In this document: in pieces, positions 40,158 to 47,793 of the stretch
How positions within the stretch are numbered: position 1 is the stretch's first letter
Layout: every line of letters starts with the position of its first letter
DNA from: an uncultured Chloroflexia bacterium
GTDB taxonomy: Bacteria > Chloroflexota > Limnocylindria > QHBO01
Direction: 5' to 3'
NCBI GenBank assembly: GCA_963810925.1
Contig: CAWEPF010000008.1
Coordinates: 57,994 to 121,993 of the forward strand
DNA: 64,000 nt
The notes under the pieces: model-generated
Told to the model about the DNA's origin: nothing
The model's database searches: none
What the model saw: the letters and a program-made list of their open reading frames with translations, nothing else
Made by a program: the position numbers and the translations under genes

Positions 40158-40874
40158 TCAGCCGCTCTCGCCGAGGACGCCCTCCTGGGGCTGGGCGGCA
40201 AGCAGGCTCCACCCGGCGACCAGCCAGGCCAAAGCGTACGCGACGATACCGGCTTGGGAGACGACGTCCAGGACACTCCCCGACGCAATGGCACGTCCCG
40301 CCAGCAGGCCGATCATGGCGACCGGCGCGGTGATCGTGAATGCGAGTCCAACCCCCACCGGGAAGACCCGGATGGTCAGCATGACGGCGCCAAGGGTGGC
40401 GGATCCGATCCAGAGCGCGATGCCCGCGAAGTAGCCGATCTCACCTCCGTTGGTCGGCAAGACCCCGACACGGGTCAGCACGACGAAGCCGATGCCCCAC
40501 ACGAGCGCGAGAAGCGGCACGAGGAACCCGAACCACGCGAGGGCCGGGCGGACGGCCACCTGGCGCAGATGGATCCCGACCAGTCCGACGATGGCCAGGA
40601 CGTAGAAGACCGGGACGGTGATCTCGTTCAACCCGGTGAAGCCAACCAGCAAGGCGGCGCCGGCGCCGATGGCGGCAAGGCCGGCGAGACGGGTGAACAT
40701 GCGGAACCTCCCTTCAGGTGCTTGGGGGAACAGGTGCGCGTCGAGGGCGCCCCAGGCGATGTCGATGACGTCGAGGCGACGCGGCGGGCGTTCCTCGAGG
40801 AGGGCGAGGAACTCGTCGCCGTAGCGCTGCCGCCACGCGGCCGGGTAGAGCCCGACCAACCGGTGCGGGCTCAT
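40158..40874 (-). CDS. Integral membrane protein co-transcribed with PadR regulator
   Basis: 238 aa. It has a soluble N-terminal segment (YPAAWRQRYGDEFLALLEE) followed by 5-6 TM helices. Its start makes an ATGA overlap with the PadR gene stop. Confidence 0.65.
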   Translation of the reverse strand: MSPHRLVGLYPAAWRQRYGDEFLALLEERPPRRLDVIDIAWGALDAHLFPQAPEGRFRMFTRLAGLAAIGAGAALLVGFTGLNEITVPVFYVLAIVGLVGIHLRQVAVRPALAWFGFLVPLLALVWGIGFVVLTRVGVLPTNGGEIGYFAGIALWIGSATLGAVMLTIRVFPVGVGLAFTITAPVAMIGLLAGRAIASGSVLDVVSQAGIVAYALAWLVAGWSLLAAQPQEGVLGESG

Positions 40875-41215
40875 GCCGCGCCGCCTTCGAGGCGCCCGAG
40901 GGCACGCCCAGCGAAGTCCTGGAGCTGGGTCAGGTGTGCCTCGAGTGTGGACGCGCCCAGGCCGGTGAGTCGGTACGGGCGGCGGCGCTCATCAGCTGGC
41001 AGAGCCTCGATCAGGCCACGTCGCTCGAGCCGGGCGAGGGCGGCGTAGAGGGTGCCGGGTCCCAGCGGCTGGCCGCTGATCGTCTCGGCCTCCTGCATGA
41101 TCGCGTAGCCATGCTTGGGTCCATCGGCCAGGGTGGCCAGGACGAGGAGGGCGGGTGCAGCGAAGGGGCTGAGGTCCGCGGCGGGTGACTGCTTGGGCAT
41201 CTGGTTGGACTCCAC
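40871..41215 (-). CDS. PadR family transcriptional regulator
   Basis: LLVLATLADGPKHGYAIMQE..GTLYAALARLERRGLIE is the PadR winged-helix signature. An alternative ATG lies at 41200. Confidence 0.85.
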   Translation of the reverse strand: MESNQMPKQSPAADLSPFAAPALLVLATLADGPKHGYAIMQEAETISGQPLGPGTLYAALARLERRGLIEALPADERRRPYRLTGLGASTLEAHLTQLQDFAGRALGRLEGGAA

Positions 41216-41223
41216 GACAGGTC

Positions 41224-41245
41224 TATATCGTCACACGATATATCG
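41224..41245. promoter_or_regulatory. AT-rich palindromic candidate operator upstream of the padR operon
   Basis: TATATCGTcacACGATATA is a perfect 8-bp inverted repeat. It overlaps the palindrome CGATATATCG. It lies 9-30 nt upstream of the PadR start in an otherwise GC-rich context. Confidence 0.5.
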
Positions 41246-41259
41246 CAGGACGCTACATG

Positions 41260-41730
41260 TCAATCCGCTGGTGAATCCTCGAACTCGGAACGCCGGTCAC
41301 GACCCGCGCGGACTCCGTGGCGAAGTCGAATCTGGTCGTAGGCGTCCTGGTTCACGTCCTCGATGGATCCGATCTCAGCGAACATGCCGTCCAGCTCGGC
41401 AGGCCAGATCGCGAGCCAGCGGGCCCGCCCCGAACCGACGATCCGCACCCCATGCTCGGTGTCAGGCGGGACCAGGACGAAGCTGCCCGCGACGAGCGGA
41501 GTGCGGCTCGCCGCCCCGAGGAATTCGACTTCGCCCTCGAGGATGTAGAACGCTTCCGCCGCGCCCGCGTGGATGTGCGTCTGCCCACCCTCCCCGGGGA
41601 CACCGGAGACGATCGCGACGCCCCAGTGACCTCCGGTCTGGGACGCCTCGACCTTCTGGAGGACGTCGCCTGGGTATGCGGTCCCCTCCTCCGGGCCTAA
41701 GACGAGCAGCCGATCCTCCGTCCAGGTCAT
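41260..41730 (-). CDS. Cupin domain protein
   Basis: 156 aa with THIHAGAAEAFYILEGEVEF..VPPDTEHG, the two cupin His-containing motifs. Confidence 0.75.
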   Translation of the reverse strand: MTWTEDRLLVLGPEEGTAYPGDVLQKVEASQTGGHWGVAIVSGVPGEGGQTHIHAGAAEAFYILEGEVEFLGAASRTPLVAGSFVLVPPDTEHGVRIVGSGRARWLAIWPAELDGMFAEIGSIEDVNQDAYDQIRLRHGVRAGRDRRSEFEDSPAD

Positions 41731-41739
41731 GGCCGCCGA

Positions 41740-42243
41740 TCAATGCTCGGGGTGATCGCCGTGGTCGTGGTGCTCGTGGTCCTCGTGGTCATGCTCCTGC
41801 TCGTCATGGTCGTGATGGTCGTGCTCATGGTGCTCGTGCATCCACGGCGTGAAGGTCAGGCCCAGGAGCAGGCCCTCGGGGCTCAGCAGGCGGGCGGTGG
41901 TCTGGCCCCACGGCTCGATCCCCGCCTGCTTGAGCAGCCGATGGCCGGAGGCCTCCATCTCGGCGGCCGCGGCGACCACGGCCTCGGGGTTCTCGAGATC
42001 CAGCTCCACCCAGGTCGTGGGAGTGGGCAGGTCGGCGGGCCACTCCCGTGTCCCGAAGGTCGACTCGGCGGCGTCGGCCAGGGGCCAGATGGCGAAGGCG
42101 TTCACGCCGTCGAGGTCATCGGTCCCCCAGTACTCGGGTGCGATCTCGGCGATGGGCAGACCCAGGTGGCCGCCCCAGAACGCGCGACTGGTGGCGGGAT
42201 CGGCCGTGATCGGTCCGAATCCAGCGACGAGGACGATGTTCAT
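41740..42243 (-). CDS. VOC/glyoxalase-fold protein with His/Asp/Glu-rich C-terminal tail
   Basis: 167 aa starting at MNIVLVAGFG, with an ATGA overlap with the upstream VOC gene. The C-terminus is HEHHEHDHHDHDEQEHDHEDHEHHDHGDHPEH. The track ORF extension to 42603 is out of context. Confidence 0.7.
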   Translation of the reverse strand: MNIVLVAGFGPITADPATSRAFWGGHLGLPIAEIAPEYWGTDDLDGVNAFAIWPLADAAESTFGTREWPADLPTPTTWVELDLENPEAVVAAAAEMEASGHRLLKQAGIEPWGQTTARLLSPEGLLLGLTFTPWMHEHHEHDHHDHDEQEHDHEDHEHHDHGDHPEH

Positions 42244-42635
42244 TCGTTGGCTCCCGTGAGGTGGCTTCCCTGGACGATCGAGTAGATCCTGCCGTCCGGG
42301 CCGCGAATGTTGAACCATCCGTATCCGGGTCGGCTGATCAACCACGTGATCTCCCCGACGAGGTCCGCGCCGCTGGCGGCCAACTCTTCGCGCGCTTCGA
42401 CCACGTCGTCCACGACGAAGCCAATCGAGCTCCCCATTTCCGGGGCGGGCCACTCCTCGCTCTGCGCCGGCCCGAACACCTCGACGAAGTCGCGATCGGC
42501 GTCGGGCAGGTTGAACATGACGAAGTCGTCTTCGCGGTACTCCGTGGACAGGCCAAGAACGGAAGAGAAGAACTCGACGGTCTCGGGAAACCGATCGGTC
42601 CACAGTCCGAACCAGCCGATCCGTCGGACCTTCAT
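42240..42635 (-). CDS. VOC family (glyoxalase/bleomycin-resistance/dioxygenase fold) protein
   Basis: 131 aa. The pattern is IGWFGLWTDRF..TVEFF..VLGL.. then GFVVDDV..A.EEL, typical of VOC proteins. Confidence 0.7.
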   Translation of the reverse strand: MKVRRIGWFGLWTDRFPETVEFFSSVLGLSTEYREDDFVMFNLPDADRDFVEVFGPAQSEEWPAPEMGSSIGFVVDDVVEAREELAASGADLVGEITWLISRPGYGWFNIRGPDGRIYSIVQGSHLTGANE

Positions 42636-42638
42636 CGG

Positions 42639-43655
42639 TCAGGCGCCTGGTTTTGGCGTGAGCACCGCTGCCAGGGCCGGGATGACCTCGCGCCCGTATC
42701 GGTCCAGCTGGTCCTCTTCGTCGCCGTTCATGAGGTAGAAGTTGAACTGATCCACGCCGGCATCGGCCAGCTCGTGGAGCTTGGCCACATGCTCCGCGGC
42801 GTCACCCAGGATGCAGAACCGGTCCGTCACCTCGTCGCCCACGAAGGCGGCGTTGCTGGAACCCACCTCGGCGTGATGGTGGTAGTCGTAGCCCTCGCGG
42901 TCGGTCACGTAGCCGGTCAGTGCCTCGGGCAGCTGCTCGCGCGGGTACTTGTTCACGAGGTCCACCACGTGGTTGCTGACCAGGGCCGGGAACCATCGCG
43001 TCCGCTCGTGACCCTCCGTGCGAGGACCCACGTGCGCGGGCGCGGCGGCCTGGACCTTGATCTCGCCCGGTGAGCGGCCGGCGGCCGCCTCCGCCTCGCG
43101 GAGCTGGGCGACGAACCAGCGGATGAGGTCAGGGTCCGCCAACTGGAGGATGAGCCCATCTGCCACGCGGCCGGTCATGGCCAGGGCCATCGGTCCGTAG
43201 CCGGCCACCCATACCGGGAGGCGCCACTTGCCGGTCCAGGTCAGCTGCAGCTCGGTGCCTTCGTAGGTGACGGCGCGGCCCTCGACCAGGTCACGGATGA
43301 CCGCGATCGCCTCCTCGAGGGTCTTCATCGTGGTCGGCGGCTTGCCGAGCACGCGCCGCGCGCTGTCGCCGCGACCGATGCCCAGGTCCATCCGCCCGCT
43401 GCTGATCTCGTTGAGCTCGGCCAGGGTGGACGCCGTGACCGACGGCTCGCGGGTCGCCGGATTGGTGACGCACGTTCCCAGCCGCATGTGCTCGGTGGCC
43501 CCGGCCATCAGGGTCAGCGCCGGATACGGATCGCGCCACAGGACGTGCGAGTCGAACACCCACCCGTAGGCAAAGCCGCTGGCCTCGGCCCGGCGCGTCA
43601 AATCAAGGGTGCGGCCGGTCTCGTTCTCGAGCTTGAGCGTGAACCCAAAGTCCAT
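42639..43655 (-). CDS. LLM-class F420-dependent oxidoreductase
   Basis: 338 aa. FAYGWVFDSHVLWRDPYPALTLMAGATEHMRLGTCVTNPATREP..GRMDLGIGRGDS is a luciferase-like TIM-barrel signature. Confidence 0.8.
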   Translation of the reverse strand: MDFGFTLKLENETGRTLDLTRRAEASGFAYGWVFDSHVLWRDPYPALTLMAGATEHMRLGTCVTNPATREPSVTASTLAELNEISSGRMDLGIGRGDSARRVLGKPPTTMKTLEEAIAVIRDLVEGRAVTYEGTELQLTWTGKWRLPVWVAGYGPMALAMTGRVADGLILQLADPDLIRWFVAQLREAEAAAGRSPGEIKVQAAAPAHVGPRTEGHERTRWFPALVSNHVVDLVNKYPREQLPEALTGYVTDREGYDYHHHAEVGSSNAAFVGDEVTDRFCILGDAAEHVAKLHELADAGVDQFNFYLMNGDEEDQLDRYGREVIPALAAVLTPKPGA

Positions 43656-43680
43656 CGGTCAGGCCCTCAGCACGCGGCCG

Positions 43681-44541
43681 TCAGGGCCGGACGAGGTCGT
43701 CGTACGCGTCGGGTCGGCGGTCGCGGAAGAACTGCCAGGTCTGGCGAACCTCGGTGATCATGTCGAGGTCCATGTCGCGGACCAGGAGCTCCTCGTCGTG
43801 GGCGTCGCCCACGTCACCGATGAACTGGCCGCGCGGGTCCACGAAGTAGGACTGCCCGTAGAAGTCGTCCTCGCCCAGGGGCTCGATCCCGACCCGGTTG
43901 ATGGTCCCTACGAAGTAGCCGTTGGCGAGGGCATGGCTGACCTGCTCCACCCGCCACAGGTACTCACTCAGGCCGCGCGACGTGGCCGACGGGATGAACA
44001 CGATCTCCGCGCCATTGAGGCCCAGGGCGCGCGCGCCCTCGGGGAAGTGGCGGTCGTAGCAGATGTACACCCCCACCTTGCCCACGGCCGTGTCGAAGAC
44101 CGGATACCCCAGGTTGCCGGGGCGGAAGTAGAACTTCTCCCAGAAGCCCTTGACGTGGGGGATGTGGGTCTTCCGGTACTTGCCCAGGTACGACCCGTCG
44201 GCGTCGATGACCGCGGCGGTGTTGTAGTAGATCCCGGCGGTCTCGTCGTCCTCCTCGTACATCGGTACGACGAGGACCATGCCGGTCTCCTTGGCCAGGG
44301 CCTGCATCCGCTTGGTGGTTGGCCCGTCCGGGATCTTCTCGGTGTAGGAGTAGTACTGAGGATCCTGGACCTGGCAGAAGTAGGGACCGTAGAACAGCTC
44401 CTGGAAGCACATGACCTGGGCGCCCTGCTTGGCGGCCTCGCGCGCATAGCGCTCGTGCTTCTCGATCATGGAGTCCTTGTCGCCGGTCCACTCGGCCTGC
44501 AGCAGCGCTGCCCGCACGATGCGCGCCATCGGTCTGTTCAA
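43681..44541 (-). CDS. Beta-ureidopropionase / N-carbamoyl-amino-acid amidohydrolase (nitrilase superfamily)
   Basis: 286 aa. It has VMCFQELFYGPYFC (Glu), YRKTHIP (Lys) and VYICYDRHFPE (Cys). An alternative ATG lies at 44526. Confidence 0.85.
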   Translation of the reverse strand: MNRPMARIVRAALLQAEWTGDKDSMIEKHERYAREAAKQGAQVMCFQELFYGPYFCQVQDPQYYSYTEKIPDGPTTKRMQALAKETGMVLVVPMYEEDDETAGIYYNTAAVIDADGSYLGKYRKTHIPHVKGFWEKFYFRPGNLGYPVFDTAVGKVGVYICYDRHFPEGARALGLNGAEIVFIPSATSRGLSEYLWRVEQVSHALANGYFVGTINRVGIEPLGEDDFYGQSYFVDPRGQFIGDVGDAHDEELLVRDMDLDMITEVRQTWQFFRDRRPDAYDDLVRP

Positions 44542-44574
44542 CCCTCCGTCGGCGTGGGTATGTTCCCCCGCAGC

Positions 44575-45300
44575 CTACACCGTCGGCTGAGACCCACCCA
44601 TCGGTTCGAAGGCTTCCTCGTGCCGGGCGAGGGCGATCAGGATCCAGCCGTACGCGGCGATCAGAACCAGCGTGACGATCGCACCAAAGCCCACGATCGC
44701 GCCAAAGGCGCCGCGGATGTGCTCGCCCATGTGCCGAGGGGCATCCGCCATGAGCGGTGCCCAGGCCCCAATCCAGACCAGCGCCGAAAGCAGGCCCATG
44801 ACCAGGACGACCAGGGCCATCCCGCTCACGACGATGCCCAGGAGACGACCCGATGGCCGGCGTTGGAGGATCCAGACGCCGGACAGGATCTGGCTGCCGG
44901 CAATGACCACTCCCGCGGCCGCGATGATCAGGAGGGCGAGGAACGCGAAGCCGAGCATGTTCACGTCGCCAGCCGGGGCGCCGATGACGGTGGGCATCCC
45001 GCCAGATGGGCCGCCGTTGAACGAATTGCCACCATTCATGAAGCCGCCGCCGTTCGGGAATCCGCCGTCGGTCTGAAACGTCACGACCCCCTGGCGCCCG
45101 GCGCGCGCCGCCGCGGCGACCACGACCCAGAACATGACGGCCAGCGTGTTCAGGGCGGAGATTCCGCCGAAGACGAGGAGGATCACGGCGGCGGCGTTCA
45201 CTCGGCCGCGGGCCTTGTCGGCGGAGGATTTCGCCGGAGCCGGCGGCGCGGCCGCAGCTGAATCGGCGGAGTCGGCGGCGGGCACAGCGTCGTCAGTCAT
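44575..45300 (-). CDS. Integral membrane protein with Gly/Asn-rich loop (hypothetical)
   Basis: 241 aa with about 5 TM helices and a GGFPNGGGFMNGGNSFNGGPSGG loop. Confidence 0.55.
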   Translation of the reverse strand: MTDDAVPAADSADSAAAAPPAPAKSSADKARGRVNAAAVILLVFGGISALNTLAVMFWVVVAAAARAGRQGVVTFQTDGGFPNGGGFMNGGNSFNGGPSGGMPTVIGAPAGDVNMLGFAFLALLIIAAAGVVIAGSQILSGVWILQRRPSGRLLGIVVSGMALVVLVMGLLSALVWIGAWAPLMADAPRHMGEHIRGAFGAIVGFGAIVTLVLIAAYGWILIALARHEEAFEPMGGSQPTV

Positions 45301-45380
45301 GTGAAGAGGCTACATCCAAACATGTGAAGGACGTGTTCAGCCGTTCGTACTGACCCGTAAGCCTGCCGTACCCTGTCCCG

Positions 45381-45974
45381 GTGTCCTGGAGTCGCCCCGC
45401 CAAGATCGCGTTCATCGGTTCGCACTCGGTCCGCAAGACGAACGCGGTCCACGCGTTTGCCTCCACGGTGGGCCGCGCGGGCCGGAGCGTCGAGGTCGGC
45501 CGAGAGGTCATCCGATTCAACCCGCTGGGCCTGAACGAGGGGGCCACGCCCGAGGCCCAGCTGTGGGTGCTCATGGCCCAGATCCAGCAGGAGCTCGAGC
45601 TGCGGACGCGGGCCGACATCCTGGTCACGGACCGCAGCGTGGTGGACAACTTCGCCTACTTCCTGCGCGTGACCGGCGGTGAAGACCCGTTCAGCGTGGA
45701 GCCGCTGGTTCGCCGCTGGGCAGGGACGTACGACCTGTTCGTGCGCCTGCTCCCCGACGTGGCGCTCCTCCCCGACGGCGTGCGATCCACGAATGACGCC
45801 TTCCGCGACGAGATCGAGGCGATCCTTGACCGCATCCTGCCGACCTACGTGGCGGCGGACCGATTCGTGCGGCTGCCCGCGAGCCAGGTGACCGAGGAAT
45901 ACGACTGGATGGCCCTGGCCGAGCGCCTGGCGCGCCTGGTGGGGCAGCCGCTCCGCGACTCGGTCCAGGCCTAG
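45381..45974 (+). CDS. P-loop NTPase-like protein (AAA_28/NadR-kinase-like) with atypical Walker A
   Basis: 197 aa with a GTG start. FIGSHSVRKTN sits where GxxxxGK[ST] is expected, and ILVTDRS looks like a Walker B. Confidence 0.55.
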   Translation: MSWSRPAKIAFIGSHSVRKTNAVHAFASTVGRAGRSVEVGREVIRFNPLGLNEGATPEAQLWVLMAQIQQELELRTRADILVTDRSVVDNFAYFLRVTGGEDPFSVEPLVRRWAGTYDLFVRLLPDVALLPDGVRSTNDAFRDEIEAILDRILPTYVAADRFVRLPASQVTEEYDWMALAERLARLVGQPLRDSVQA

Positions 45975-46732
45975 CCCTCGGCTGCTCCCTCAGCCGGCTC
46001 GCGGTATACGAACCGGAAGTAGCCCCAGAACAGCAGCGTGAAGGTCGCGAACGCACCGAACACGCCCAGCGCGGCGAGCCACACGATCGGATCCAGGTCG
46101 ATCAGGTAGCCCATGGCCGGACCGATGAGGATGTGGATGAACGCGAAGATGCTGACGAAGAAGAGGATCGCCCACACCCATCGGTGCCATCGGTAGATCG
46201 TGTAGCCGGGCATGAACTTGAAGGGCATGAGCCCGAAGGCGGTGGCCTCCAGCCCGGCGACCACGAGCGCGGCTAGGGTGGTCTGGACGAAGACCGATGC
46301 GAAGTCGCCCCACTCCGGCGCGGTCGTCCGGAACCAGCTGAGTGCCGCCCACCCCGCCACGGCCACGATCAGGGCCCAGATCATGCCCGCCGTGGACTCC
46401 AGTCCTTCATCGCGGAGCGTTCCCGACTCCAGGAAGGCCACGCCGATGATCACGCCGTACAGGTAGCCCGGCTGCAGGCTGAAGATCCGCGAGATAAAGA
46501 CGAACACGGCCGCGAGGACGATGGTCCAGGGCAGGACACGCAGCTGGCCCATCTCCCCGTGGAGGCGCCGATGGACGAGCACCGCGGGCAGCTTGAAGCT
46601 GACCAGCATGACGACCAGGGCCACCAGGAAGCCCAGGTACACGGCCACCGAGCGCGTGTTCAGCCCGAAGGTCGGGTCCAGGAACGCGCTGATCAGAGCC
46701 ACGAGCAGGAGCGAACCGATGACCTTGCTCAT
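45971..46732 (-). CDS. Polytopic membrane protein with FGLMP motif (FGLLP-motif membrane protein-like)
   Basis: 253 aa with 7-8 TM helices and EATAFGLMPFKFMPG. The ATG immediately follows the TAG of the upstream ORF, and GGAGG lies 7 nt upstream. Confidence 0.65.
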   Translation of the reverse strand: MSKVIGSLLLVALISAFLDPTFGLNTRSVAVYLGFLVALVVMLVSFKLPAVLVHRRLHGEMGQLRVLPWTIVLAAVFVFISRIFSLQPGYLYGVIIGVAFLESGTLRDEGLESTAGMIWALIVAVAGWAALSWFRTTAPEWGDFASVFVQTTLAALVVAGLEATAFGLMPFKFMPGYTIYRWHRWVWAILFFVSIFAFIHILIGPAMGYLIDLDPIVWLAALGVFGAFATFTLLFWGYFRFVYREPAEGAAEG

Positions 46733-47713
46733 CTACTTGCCTCCCGGCCAGGTCTTGTGCCACCAGCCGGTGATCACGTCGTAGTGGGCTTCCAGGGTGT
46801 TGTTGAAGATCTCGGCCGCGAAGCCCAGCAGGATCAGGAGGAGCAGGGCGACCAGGGCGCTGACTCCAACCGTGCTCGGGTCACGACTCGCCTGAGAGGC
46901 GAGCGGGACGGCATCGGCCCAACCAGCGCCGCCACCTGATCCACTCCCCGTCCCCTCCCCCGGGGCCCCGGCCAGCGGACTGGCCTGCGGTGCGAAGGTG
47001 ATGCCCGCCACGCTCTGCTCGGGCGTGCTGGTCGGCTTGGGTGTCGCCGTCGGCGACGGGCTCGCCGTGGGGCTTGCGGTGGGCGTAGGGCTGGGGGTTG
47101 GGGCCGGCGTCACTGCCGGGGGCGGGACTCCCCGTGAGGTCGCGACCGGTGTCGGCACCGGCGTTGGCGCGGGCGTGGGGGCGGGGAAGGCGCCGGTGGT
47201 GACGCTCGAAATCTCATAGCGCCAAAACGCCGTGAGGGAAGGCTGGAAGAGCCGCCCAGTCATCGTGCATTCGCCGACGGTCAGCGGTCCGAATGAGAAC
47301 GGACCTGCCCCGCTCGATTGCGCAAGGGCGGTGGCCACCTGGTCCATGAAGGTCCGCACCGCCGTGGCTTCAACTTCGTCGTCGGCGCAACCGGCGGAGT
47401 GGACGTTCGCCATCCAGATGCGGTCGTCATCCAGGAAGTCGTGCTGGCCGTTGCTGTGCGCATTCGCCTGGGTGACGACATCGTGGAGCGGCCCAGTGAC
47501 GGGCCGGATGAAGACGATTGGGTCACCGTAGTAGTAGATCCCGCCCGTGCACTGAACCTCGGTCGCGAGCGGCCGGCAGTCCATCTGCCAGGAAGTGGCC
47601 GCGGCAACCACTTGTTCGGCGGTCGGGCTGTGCGTGGCGTTGGCAACCGACAGCGGCAGCGCGAGGAGCGCCAGCAGCAGGACCAGGACCCGTAGGGCGA
47701 CACGGGAGGGCAC
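46733..47713 (-). CDS. Secreted/membrane-anchored protein with Pro/Thr-rich linker and C-terminal TM helix (hypothetical)
   Basis: 326 aa. It has a signal peptide (LVLLLALLALPLSVANA), a Cys-containing globular domain, a PTPxP linker and a TM helix followed by FNNTLEAHYDVI. Confidence 0.6.
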   Translation of the reverse strand: MPSRVALRVLVLLLALLALPLSVANATHSPTAEQVVAAATSWQMDCRPLATEVQCTGGIYYYGDPIVFIRPVTGPLHDVVTQANAHSNGQHDFLDDDRIWMANVHSAGCADDEVEATAVRTFMDQVATALAQSSGAGPFSFGPLTVGECTMTGRLFQPSLTAFWRYEISSVTTGAFPAPTPAPTPVPTPVATSRGVPPPAVTPAPTPSPTPTASPTASPSPTATPKPTSTPEQSVAGITFAPQASPLAGAPGEGTGSGSGGGAGWADAVPLASQASRDPSTVGVSALVALLLLILLGFAAEIFNNTLEAHYDVITGWWHKTWPGGK

Positions 47714-47793
47714 GGTCCGCGCAGTTTCAGATCAGGCCTCGGGCGCGTCAAGAGTTGTGCTGGCGCACCGCCAGCAGGCGAGTGGCCGGTGGC

